From: an uncultured Lentisphaeria bacterium
GTDB taxonomy: Bacteria; Verrucomicrobiota; Lentisphaeria; JABSQK01; JAJFLO01
Reading direction: 5' to 3'
NCBI GenBank assembly: GCA_951812855.1
Contig: OX638337.1
Location: forward strand, 1,042,486-1,106,485
DNA length: 64,000 nucleotides
Made by a program: the position numbers and the translations under genes. Below, piece by piece: positions 9,837-18,667 of this stretch. The stretch's first letter is position 1, and every line of letters starts with the position of its first letter. The notes below the pieces were generated by a model. The model was not told where the DNA came from. It did not search any database and saw only the letters and a program-made list of their open reading frames with translations.

Positions 9837-10712
9837 ATGAAAAGACTTTTAATTACTGGTGCGAATGGTTTTTTGGGTTGGAATTTATGCCTTGCTGCGG
9901 CCAGAAGCCGGGCTGTATCCGGAACCGTATTTTCGAATCCTGTAGACATACCGGGTGTCAATTGTAATAAAATAGACCTTACCGAATACCGTGCTCTAAA
10001 AAACATTTTTCCCCACATTAAACCGGATGCTGTTATTCACACAGCTGCCATGACACATCCTGACGACTGCCAGAACGACCCGTCACTGTCAAACAAAATA
10101 AATGTTGACACATCTCTTAATATAGCAGGATTATGTGCGGATCTGGGCATATCGTGCGTGTTTACGTCATCGGATTTGGTGTTTGATGGGTTACATGCTC
10201 CATATGATGAGGACTCTGACGTATCACCAGTGAGTTTATACGGTGAACAAAAAGTCATTGCTGAAGAAGGAATGATGAATCGCAATCCAAATATGACGAT
10301 TTGTCGTATGCCGTTGATGTTTGGAGATCCGGGGCCCGTGGCGGCAAGTTTTATCCAACCCATGATAGAAGCATTAGATCTTGAAACTCCAATAAATCTA
10401 TTCATTGATGAATATAGAACTCCGGTCAGCGGTTACACTGCTGCGAAAGGTATTTTGTTGATGTTGGATCATTTCGAGGGGCTTATACATTTAGGGGGCA
10501 GTGAGCGAATTTCACGTTATGAATTTGGAAAATTAATTTGTTCAGTTTATAATTTCCAAAGTAAAAAACTCAATCCATGCAAACAATCTGATCTGAAAAT
10601 ACCTGCACCCCGTCCTCCAGATGTATCTTTAGACAGTTCTAAAGCATTTGGATTAGGATATGAAACATTGCCTCTGATTAAAGAATTAGAAAATTTGTTT
10701 GCAAAAAAATAA
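9837..10712 (+). CDS. NAD(P)-dependent sugar nucleotide reductase/epimerase, RmlD (dTDP-4-dehydrorhamnose reductase)-like
   Basis: 291 aa with a Rossmann TGANGFLG motif and a YGEQK catalytic Y-xxx-K. The RmlD substrate-binding-domain-like layout is present. Confidence 0.6.
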   Translation: MKRLLITGANGFLGWNLCLAAARSRAVSGTVFSNPVDIPGVNCNKIDLTEYRALKNIFPHIKPDAVIHTAAMTHPDDCQNDPSLSNKINVDTSLNIAGLCADLGISCVFTSSDLVFDGLHAPYDEDSDVSPVSLYGEQKVIAEEGMMNRNPNMTICRMPLMFGDPGPVAASFIQPMIEALDLETPINLFIDEYRTPVSGYTAAKGILLMLDHFEGLIHLGGSERISRYEFGKLICSVYNFQSKKLNPCKQSDLKIPAPRPPDVSLDSSKAFGLGYETLPLIKELENLFAKK

Positions 10713-10766
10713 GTTTTTGTTCAGATCATTTTTTCGATTGAAACGTTAATAAATTTTGTCTTTACT

Positions 10767-11948
10767 ATGACGATCGTTCAGAGTCCCGATGAAACGATAT
10801 TCAGCCTTAAAAGGAAAGGAATACTGATGAGTGATCAAAAAATTTCGCGAAAGAGTTATTTGTCGAAAAACTTGGGTGACTATCCGGAATTGACGGACGT
10901 TTTCGGTGTCAAATATCAAAAGGTAGATGATTTGAGATACGGTACTAATCCACACCAGACTGCAGCCTGCTATAAACCTTTAGAAGCACCTGCACCTATC
11001 GGTGATTTGGAAATGTTAAAGACCGGGAAAAGTGGTTTATCTCAAACAAATTTAGAAGATATTTCATATTCACTGAACATTTGTAAAAACTTTAATCGAC
11101 CGGCGTGTGCCTGTATGAAGCATGTTAACCCGAGCGGGGCTGCAGTCGCAGTGGGAGAAGAATCTGTAAGAGATGTTTATATCAAAGCCAGAGATGGAGA
11201 TCCGAGAGCTGCATTTGGTTGCGTCGCCGGATTCAACGTAGAAGTCGACCAGGAAACTGCGATTGAAATTATGTCAACCTTTGTTGAGTGTGTTGTTGCT
11301 CCTTCAGTTACAAAAGAGGCTTTAGATGTATTCAGTGACCATGAGCGATTTAAACTGAATCGGCATATAAGAATTGTTAAGTGTGGTGATCTTGCCTCGT
11401 TGCCAAAGACGATTTCAGATAGAAATCAGGTCATCCGAACCATCAAGGTTCTGGCAGATGGTTCTTTGATTATTGCTGATCCGTTACTCTCTCATATGGG
11501 ATCGGTTAATGATGTAAAAACGGCATCAGCTGAAAACAAAAAATTGGGTTATGTTGAATCAACTGTTACGGCGTCAGATCAGCAGCGGTATGATTTACTG
11601 ACTGCATGGTATATCAATATGAATGTCCGGTCAAACGGCATTGTTATCGTTAAAAATGGCGTCGCATTAGCTGTTGGAACTGGCGAACAGGATCGGGTTG
11701 GTGCTGTGGAGCAGGCTGTATGGAAATATGAAAATAAATATGAAGGCAGAGAAACGATATCTAACGCGGTCATGGCCAGTGATGGATTCTTTCCATTTTA
11801 CGATGCTGTTGAAACAGCACAAAAAGCAGGTGTTACAGCGATTATTTCACCGGCGGGATCTGTTAACGATGCCGATGTCATCAAGCGTGCCAATGAAATT
11901 GGAGTTGCCATATTTCACGCACCTGAACGTATTTTTTCGCATCATTAA
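10767..11948 (+). CDS. AICAR formyltransferase domain protein (PurH-like, lacking the MGS/IMP cyclohydrolase domain)
   Basis: Has LRYGTNPHQ, KHVNPSGAAV and DPRAAFG, and a C-terminal …SPAGSVNDADVIKRANEIGVAIFHAPERIFSHH that matches the PurH C-terminus. The likely true start is the Met at 10827. No MGS-like domain precedes it. Confidence 0.65.
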   Translation: MTIVQSPDETIFSLKRKGILMSDQKISRKSYLSKNLGDYPELTDVFGVKYQKVDDLRYGTNPHQTAACYKPLEAPAPIGDLEMLKTGKSGLSQTNLEDISYSLNICKNFNRPACACMKHVNPSGAAVAVGEESVRDVYIKARDGDPRAAFGCVAGFNVEVDQETAIEIMSTFVECVVAPSVTKEALDVFSDHERFKLNRHIRIVKCGDLASLPKTISDRNQVIRTIKVLADGSLIIADPLLSHMGSVNDVKTASAENKKLGYVESTVTASDQQRYDLLTAWYINMNVRSNGIVIVKNGVALAVGTGEQDRVGAVEQAVWKYENKYEGRETISNAVMASDGFFPFYDAVETAQKAGVTAIISPAGSVNDADVIKRANEIGVAIFHAPERIFSHH

Positions 11949-12039
11949 ACGTTAATTCTTTCTTACAGCAGACAAAATATAGAGATTATACTTTTCTGTG
12001 ACAGCCTATGATTGGTCAGCTGTGAATCGGAGCTGTACG

Positions 12040-12245
12040 GTCATGTGCTGTCCTTATTGCCATCGGCATGAATACCGGGGGAAACCGATCTATTCCTGGT
12101 GTAAGGGTATCCCTTTAGTGAAGCAGAAGTCCATTGGCGAGATTTTCTGCGATCATTGAAAAAACGGGAGTTGTCAGGCATCAAAATGATAACAGCTGAC
12201 GATCATGAAGAGCTGAAGTTAAATCGTCTTTAAAAAAGATGGATT
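12040..12245 (+). mobile_element. IS256 (Mutator)-family transposase remnant, small internal fragment with frameshift and stops
   Basis: Two frames read HVLSLLPSA*IPGETDLFLV*GYPFSEAEVHWRDFLRSLKKRELSGIKMITADDHEELK. This matches the conserved IS256 transposase core (…reiLG…vg.sEs…W..FLr.Lk.RGL.gV.lvisDdH.GLk.A). Confidence 0.5.
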
Positions 12246-12251
12246 ACTGGA

Positions 12252-13223
12252 CTAATCTGAATTACTTGCAAGGTAATGAGCAACTACGCGTTCAACATCT
12301 CCATAATTATGCGTCATCATTAGATTTAATCTCAATGATTTTGCACACGGAAACCCAGCCACATAAGATTTAAAAAACTTCCTCATTATTGCAAAATGTT
12401 TATTAACGCCATAGGTTTTTTCAAATAATGCTGCATGTTCTAACAGCACGTTTATTCTATCTTCAAGACTGATTTGAGAACGATGCAGCGTTTTGTTAAA
12501 CAACCAGGGATTTCCAAAAATTCCCCTGCCGATCATGATTCCATCTGCACCAAAATTATTTGCTGATTTTCTTGCCTGTTCCAAAGAGTTGACATCACCA
12601 TTACCAATAATCAATGTTTGACTTCCCAGGTTATTTCTAATTTCAACCGCCTTTGCTATCTGGTCCCATCTCGCCGGAACTCTCGACATTTCATTTCGTG
12701 TGCGAGCATGTATTATTATTGCAGCAGGCTCAGATTCTAATAAATGTTTTATCCAATTATCCGTATCAGTACGATCATACCCCAGTCTGGTTTTTACCGA
12801 AACAGGAAGATTGCCTGCTCCACTCAGCGTTTCTTTAATTATCCTCTTTATTAAATTTGGATTCCGTATTAACGCTGCTCCGGCCCCTTGTTTTTCGACG
12901 GATTTGTCAGGACAACCTGTATTGATATCAATTCCATCAAATTGCAATTCTGCTGCCAGTGCTGCAGATTTATAAAAATTATCCGGCTTTGAACCAAAAA
13001 ACTGAGCTAAAATGGGACGTTCCCGGTTGCAAAATCTTAAATCATCAAGTAACGCATTTCTTCCAGGCGAACAAAGACCGTCACAAGATACAAATTCTGT
13101 ATAAAAAACATCCGGTCGACCATACTTTGCAACAATCTGCCTGAAGACTGTATCGGTTACACCCGCCATTGGAGCCAGAATGAATATTGGCTTATTTAAT
13201 TTTTCCCAAAAACCCAAATTCAT
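12252..13223 (-). CDS. dus: tRNA-dihydrouridine synthase
   Basis: 323 aa. Has LAPMAGVTD and the FMN-binding TIM-barrel Dus motifs (GIDINTGCP, KTRLG, GNGD). Confidence 0.85.
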   Translation of the reverse strand: MNLGFWEKLNKPIFILAPMAGVTDTVFRQIVAKYGRPDVFYTEFVSCDGLCSPGRNALLDDLRFCNRERPILAQFFGSKPDNFYKSAALAAELQFDGIDINTGCPDKSVEKQGAGAALIRNPNLIKRIIKETLSGAGNLPVSVKTRLGYDRTDTDNWIKHLLESEPAAIIIHARTRNEMSRVPARWDQIAKAVEIRNNLGSQTLIIGNGDVNSLEQARKSANNFGADGIMIGRGIFGNPWLFNKTLHRSQISLEDRINVLLEHAALFEKTYGVNKHFAIMRKFFKSYVAGFPCAKSLRLNLMMTHNYGDVERVVAHYLASNSD

Positions 13224-13326
13224 GTTATGTTAGATTTTCGTTTATTTCTATTATTCATCTACAATAATCAACCTCAATTATAAGTAGATGCAAATTATTT
13301 TCAAGCGTTTCAAATCATGGATAATT

Positions 13327-14226
13327 ATGAAAATTTTAATCACAGGTTCCTCAGGATTACTCGGTTCATCTATCATTGGCCAACTTGAGAAAAGAGGTCA
13401 CCAGTTTATTCGGTTAGTCAGATCTCAATCCGACGATTCAGCAGCTAAAATATGGAATGCAGAAACTGGAGATATCGACAAACCAATTGAAGACGACATT
13501 TCAACTGTCATTCATTTATGCGGCAGAAATTTAATTTCACCCAGGTGGAGTAAAAAAGTTAAACAGGAACTCCGTGACAGCCGGATAATCAGTACAGTTA
13601 GTCTTGTAAACTTAATTAAAAATTTACCAAAAACTCCAAACTTGGTAATCACAGCATCCGGTATCGGCTATTATGGCAACCAGAATGAAAAAAGCCTTTC
13701 TGAAAAAGAGCCGAACGGTAAGGGATTTCTATCAACATTATGTAGAGATTGGGAAGATGCTGCATCGGAACTTGCCCATCGTGGAATCCGGGTTGTTCAT
13801 CTTAGACTCGGGATTGTATTATCTGATCAAGGTGGTGCTCTATCCATAATGAAGCCCGCCTTTAATCTCGGGATAGGGGGAATTTTAGGGGATGGAAAAC
13901 AATACATGAGCTGGATTACCATCGATGATGTAATTGATTGTATTGAATTCATTATATCAGACAAATCTCTTAGCGGCCCGATAAACATCGTATCTCCGAA
14001 TCCGGTAACAAACAGTGAATTTACCAAAACACTTGGAGACGTATTAAACCGACCGACTCTTATTCCTCTGCCAAAGACAGTGTTAAGGATTCTTTTAGGA
14101 GAAATTGCTGACGAATTACTATTAGCCAGCACAAGGGTCATTCCGGAAAAATTAAACAACGCCAAATTTGAATTTAAATATTCTGAGTTAAAAGACGCAT
14201 TAAATCATCTAATAAAACAGATATGA
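13327..14226 (+). CDS. Epimerase family protein (YfcH/TIGR01777-like, NAD-dependent epimerase N-domain + DUF1731)
   Basis: MKILITGSSGLLGS Rossmann start. The C-terminal …EFKYSELKDAL is DUF1731-like. The ORF is open from 13288, but the Met at 13327 is the probable start. Confidence 0.6.
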   Translation: MKILITGSSGLLGSSIIGQLEKRGHQFIRLVRSQSDDSAAKIWNAETGDIDKPIEDDISTVIHLCGRNLISPRWSKKVKQELRDSRIISTVSLVNLIKNLPKTPNLVITASGIGYYGNQNEKSLSEKEPNGKGFLSTLCRDWEDAASELAHRGIRVVHLRLGIVLSDQGGALSIMKPAFNLGIGGILGDGKQYMSWITIDDVIDCIEFIISDKSLSGPINIVSPNPVTNSEFTKTLGDVLNRPTLIPLPKTVLRILLGEIADELLLASTRVIPEKLNNAKFEFKYSELKDALNHLIKQI

Positions 14227-14391
14227 TTCGGGCTCAGTATCTTTAACTTGAATTAAAATTATCTTTAAACTGCCGTGATTGTAAATCAGCTGTTTTATGC
14301 GAGAATTCAAAGATGATTTTTACCCCGATTTCATGTTTAGAATCTCTATAACAAGAACCCATTAGCATTTCATGAAAATCCGTACTGATAA

Positions 14392-15378
14392 ATGAAATCT
14401 CACGCAGTCATATTAAAAGAATTTGGTGAACCAAAAAAAGTTTTGTTTTATCAGGAAATTAATCTTCCCGGACTTTCGGCAAACCAGGTACTGGTTGAAA
14501 TGAAAGCCGCACCAATCAATCCAGCTGATATTAATTTGGTCGAAGGGAAATATGGAATATTACCTGAATTACCAGCAGTTCCCGGGAATGAAGGTCTCGG
14601 CATCGTTGCAGAAACCGGTAAGAATATAACAAATTTTTCTAAAGGCGATACAGTCATATTCCCCAACCAGCTCGGTGCCTGGTCCAGGCACCGAATCTGC
14701 GAAACGCATAGCTTAATAAAGGTTAAAAACAGCTGCGACTTATTACAGGGAGCGATGCTCGCGGTGAATCCACCGACGGCATGGCGGTTATTAAATGACT
14801 TTGTTGAATTAGAACCGGGCGATTGGATAATTCAAAATGCAGCCAATTCATCTGTTGGTCAACTGATTATTCAATTCGCTAAATCGAAAAGGGTTAAAAC
14901 AGTCAATATCGTCCGCCGAGCATCGTTAATTCAAGAACTTAAGGATATCGGTGCTGATATCGTTATCATCGATCAAAAACAATTCTCCAGGGTTGTAAAA
15001 AAAGAGACTGATAATGCTGAAATTAAATTAGGGATAAATGCCGTTGGCGGTCAAAGTGCTAAAGAAATAGCAAAATCTTTGGTGATTAAAGGTAAAATGG
15101 TTACTTATGGTGCAATGGGCATGGAACCGGTTACAGTCGGTAATGCACTTTTAATTTTTAAGAATATCAGTTTCCATGGATTCTGGATAAGTGCCTGGTT
15201 TAAGAATACTGATTCCACTGTCATTGCAAATATGTTTAATAAAATATCTGATATCATCCAACAAAATAATATTGCTGTTTCAATTGAAAAATGTTATCCC
15301 CTCGACCACATACATCACGCAGTCACGCATGCACAAAAAAGTAAACGAAATGGCAAAATTATGCTGACAATGGAATGA
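14392..15378 (+). CDS. Medium-chain dehydrogenase/reductase family NAD(P)H-dependent oxidoreductase (quinone oxidoreductase / enoyl reductase-like)
   Basis: 328 aa with a GroES-like ADH N-domain (…PINPADINLVEGKYG…PGNEGLGIV) and a zinc-free MDR cofactor domain (QNAANSSVGQ). Confidence 0.65.
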   Translation: MKSHAVILKEFGEPKKVLFYQEINLPGLSANQVLVEMKAAPINPADINLVEGKYGILPELPAVPGNEGLGIVAETGKNITNFSKGDTVIFPNQLGAWSRHRICETHSLIKVKNSCDLLQGAMLAVNPPTAWRLLNDFVELEPGDWIIQNAANSSVGQLIIQFAKSKRVKTVNIVRRASLIQELKDIGADIVIIDQKQFSRVVKKETDNAEIKLGINAVGGQSAKEIAKSLVIKGKMVTYGAMGMEPVTVGNALLIFKNISFHGFWISAWFKNTDSTVIANMFNKISDIIQQNNIAVSIEKCYPLDHIHHAVTHAQKSKRNGKIMLTME

Positions 15379-15444
15379 AATATATCAAAACAGCATTTAA
15401 CTCAACGGCTAAAAATTCAAAAATTATAGTGAAACCTTGCTATT

Positions 15445-17928
15445 CTATTCAATAACAATCGATACCCTGGCTGGCTCTGAATCAATTTTTCCGTCATTAA
15501 CAACAAAGTCGAAGTGATCAGTGCCTGATGCGTTTTCATTGGGCGTATATCTGAAATTCCCAAATTCTTTATTAAGGATTTTTACGATTCCTTTTTTTGC
15601 CTGCTCAACGAGTTTAAATGATAATCGAGCATCTTCCACGTCTACGCCTGTTAAAATATTTATATTACTAAAACCGCGACTTACTGACACTTTCTGATCA
15701 AATGCCAGGGGTCTGTCATTAACAGAATTTACAAAAACCGAGAATGACGATTCATTGTAATCTGTGCCATCAAATAGTTGGATTGTTATGATTGCCAGAC
15801 CGAATTCATTATTTTTGGGAATGATATCAATATTCCCACTGCCTTTATCTGACTTTATATTACTATAACTAATCACGATATTCTCGTTTGGTATTAGTGA
15901 CTTATTAGAACTGACTGCATTAATTTCAAGAACCTGTATATCCTCATCTCTTCCTCCGCCTTCATCAACAGTAAATTTTATTCCTTTAATTATTCCATCT
16001 TCATCAATAACCAAATCAGAAATCTTCGACATAGTCGGTAAATCATTTACCGGTGTTACGGTTAAATTTAAAATGAGTTCAGCTTTTCTGCTGTTATAAT
16101 TACTCAAGATATTAATCTGTGCATTCCCAATTTCATTTTTATTCGGCAGTATATCAATTAATCCTGATGAACCCGTTTCATCAAAATCAGTTAATTCCAG
16201 TATCACATTCGAATCAGATATCAGTTTTGTATTCGTACTTGAAATACTAAACGAAAAGTCACTCTTGGAAATATTACTGTTTGTTTTTAAATCAATTCGA
16301 AAGGGAATCCCTTTTAAGCCAACGTCTTCTTCTGTTTCAAGCGTGGTGAATTGAGATGAAATTTTTAGTGAATCACGTTTTATACCTCGTACCGGCTGAG
16401 CTAAAACAAGTGACGGTGGAACTGTTGGAATCACAATTGATTCTCTGCCATCAATCATGTGATCCAGACCGGAAGGTTTTTCAGCATCAGAAATTTCCAC
16501 TGAAATTGATGTTTCGTGTTCTTTAATATTATCACTTGCAGTTAAGGTAACCATTGTGCTTTCAGAAACGGTCTCATTTGGGATCAGCACGATTGTACCA
16601 TCAGACGCATCTGTATTATCATCTGAAAAATCAACTCTTATATTATCATTACTAATAATTGATTGATTGTTACTGCCTGCTGCTATGACTGATTTCTGAG
16701 ACTCTTCGTCCTCCCCGCCGCCCTTATCAGCGGTAAATGTAATGATTGACTCGCGGTCGTCCTTATAAATTGTTACAATCTCGGGAATACCTGAAACAAT
16801 TGGTGGATCGTTTACAGGTGTAACAGAAAATAGAAACGATGTTTCAGCAGATGATTCACCATCTGAAACTCTTATTGTTATTGTAGAATTACCGACCTGA
16901 TCTTTAATCGGAACCAGATTCAGAGTCCCTCCGATAGATCCGGTATGATCATCAAAATAATCTATGATAATATTATCATCAGGTATTAATCGCGAGTTAG
17001 AACTGATCGCTTTTACTGTTAATACCTGTATATATTCATCTCGTCCACCCCCTTCACTTGCTGTAAAAATAATTTCAGAAATCTTCCGTTCTTCGACAGT
17101 TGTTTGATCCGAAATTTCCGAGATTACCGGTATATCATTTACCGGCAGAATGGAAACAAAAAAAGCCGTGCTGACGTCCATAAAACCATCACTGACTGTG
17201 ATGATAATTTTACAAGAACCATTTTTATCCTTCTCCGGGAAAATTTCGAACCAGCCATCAGGTGCATCAGATTCATCATCACTAAAGTTGATACGAATAT
17301 TTTCTGCAGGAATGATCGTCGTGTCAGAACTCATCGCGGTGACCGTTAAAACCTGTTGATTTTCCATTGGATTTTCCCCTTCATCAACAATTAATGGTAT
17401 TCGTTTTGATTTATGATCCTCATCCAGGGTTATATTTTTAATTTCCCCTATCGTTGGAGGTAAATTTTCAATGTCTGATTTTATATATTTAGCGGACGCC
17501 CAACCGATAATGCCAACAGCGGGTTTTATCTGCACCCAGGTATCATTTTTAACGTTAAGCACCGAAACAACCTGCCCCGGCTGCATGTCAGTATACGATT
17601 TAAATAACTCACCGGGGCCACTGTAAACTCTTGTTTCATAAACTATTTTGTTATCGAAGGATAAACAGCTTTTGGGTATCCATGTCTCTACACTTGGGGA
17701 AATATCAATTCTCAACCACCCATCTACTGCTTCAATAATCCGAACAGAATCGTTTTTATTTAATTGTGTAATAATACCGTGTCGGGTTGATGGGCCACTC
17801 CGAATGTTTAATGACAATGCAGTTACGCTTCCGGTTTTTTGACTCTGCTCATCTGCACTCAATCCATTAATTAAAAGTAAATGTTGAATTAAAACAAAAA
17901 ATAAATGGAATATGTAATTTCGATTCAT
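15445..17928 (-). CDS. Secreted repeat protein: signal peptide, two SH3b domains, array of cadherin-like (VNDxP-terminated) repeats
   Basis: 827 aa. N-terminal signal peptide, then two SH3b-like units (LNIRSGPSTRHGIITQLNKNDSVRIIE…; VVSVLNVKNDTWVQI…). At least five roughly 95-100-aa repeats follow, each ending VNDIPVIS / VNDPPIVSG / VNDLPTMS / VNDRPLAF, with internal EGGGRDE motifs. Confidence 0.7.
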   Translation of the reverse strand: MNRNYIFHLFFVLIQHLLLINGLSADEQSQKTGSVTALSLNIRSGPSTRHGIITQLNKNDSVRIIEAVDGWLRIDISPSVETWIPKSCLSFDNKIVYETRVYSGPGELFKSYTDMQPGQVVSVLNVKNDTWVQIKPAVGIIGWASAKYIKSDIENLPPTIGEIKNITLDEDHKSKRIPLIVDEGENPMENQQVLTVTAMSSDTTIIPAENIRINFSDDESDAPDGWFEIFPEKDKNGSCKIIITVSDGFMDVSTAFFVSILPVNDIPVISEISDQTTVEERKISEIIFTASEGGGRDEYIQVLTVKAISSNSRLIPDDNIIIDYFDDHTGSIGGTLNLVPIKDQVGNSTITIRVSDGESSAETSFLFSVTPVNDPPIVSGIPEIVTIYKDDRESIITFTADKGGGEDEESQKSVIAAGSNNQSIISNDNIRVDFSDDNTDASDGTIVLIPNETVSESTMVTLTASDNIKEHETSISVEISDAEKPSGLDHMIDGRESIVIPTVPPSLVLAQPVRGIKRDSLKISSQFTTLETEEDVGLKGIPFRIDLKTNSNISKSDFSFSISSTNTKLISDSNVILELTDFDETGSSGLIDILPNKNEIGNAQINILSNYNSRKAELILNLTVTPVNDLPTMSKISDLVIDEDGIIKGIKFTVDEGGGRDEDIQVLEINAVSSNKSLIPNENIVISYSNIKSDKGSGNIDIIPKNNEFGLAIITIQLFDGTDYNESSFSVFVNSVNDRPLAFDQKVSVSRGFSNINILTGVDVEDARLSFKLVEQAKKGIVKILNKEFGNFRYTPNENASGTDHFDFVVNDGKIDSEPARVSIVIE

Positions 17929-18186
17929 AAAATAAAAATTTCAGCGTATAATTTCGTAAAAACAATCTCTAACGTCACAAACAAATATATAGAATATCTC
18001 TGTTATTCATCCAAAAAGATAGTCTAATGAAATATAAAAATCGCGAAAAAATTTTCATTTTTAAGCCTGTGGCAATACCTGAATTTTGATTAATATTCGG
18101 GTGGATATTACATCCGATACAATTTTTTACTGTATGATTAATTTATTCATAGGAAATAAAATACCAGTCTTGTCAAAACACTTTGA

Positions 18187-18645
18187 GACTATATCTATAT
18201 AAGTTGTTACACTGTCTTAAAGAAACGCGAAAACTACAGGAAGGCTTTTTCAAATTTTAATCCTGAGACAGTGGTCCGATACACAACATTGGATTTTAAA
18301 AAATTAATGAACAACCCCGGAATCATTCGAAATCGGCTAAAAATCACTGCTGCAATTAATAACGCAAAACACTTTTTACAAATCCAGGAAGAATTTGGCA
18401 GTTTTGACCAGTATATTTGGCGTTTCGTTGACGGTAAACCCATTGTAAATACAATATCAAAACTTCAGGACTATCCAACATCAAGTCCTGAATCAGATAA
18501 TCTCAGCGGGGATTTACGTCAAAGAGGATTCAAATTTGTTGGAACTACAATATGTTACGCCCATATGCAGGCAGCCGGAATGGTAAATGATCATTCCATC
18601 AACTGTTTTCGGCGGAATGAAATACTAACTATTGCATCTAAGTAA
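18187..18645 (+). pseudogene. tag: DNA-3-methyladenine glycosylase I (Tag), 5'-degraded
   Basis: ORF 18271-18645 matches the C-terminal two-thirds of Tag (…VLKKRENYRKAFSNFNPETV…IIRNRLKI…GSFDQYIW…GFKFVGTTICYAHMQAAGMVNDH). The in-frame upstream extension hits a TGA at 18184. The N-terminal zinc/catalytic region is detectable only as decayed, frameshifted remnants (GNKIPVLSKHFETISI*). Confidence 0.6.
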
Positions 18646-18667
18646 TTCAATTATATGGAGTTTTTAA

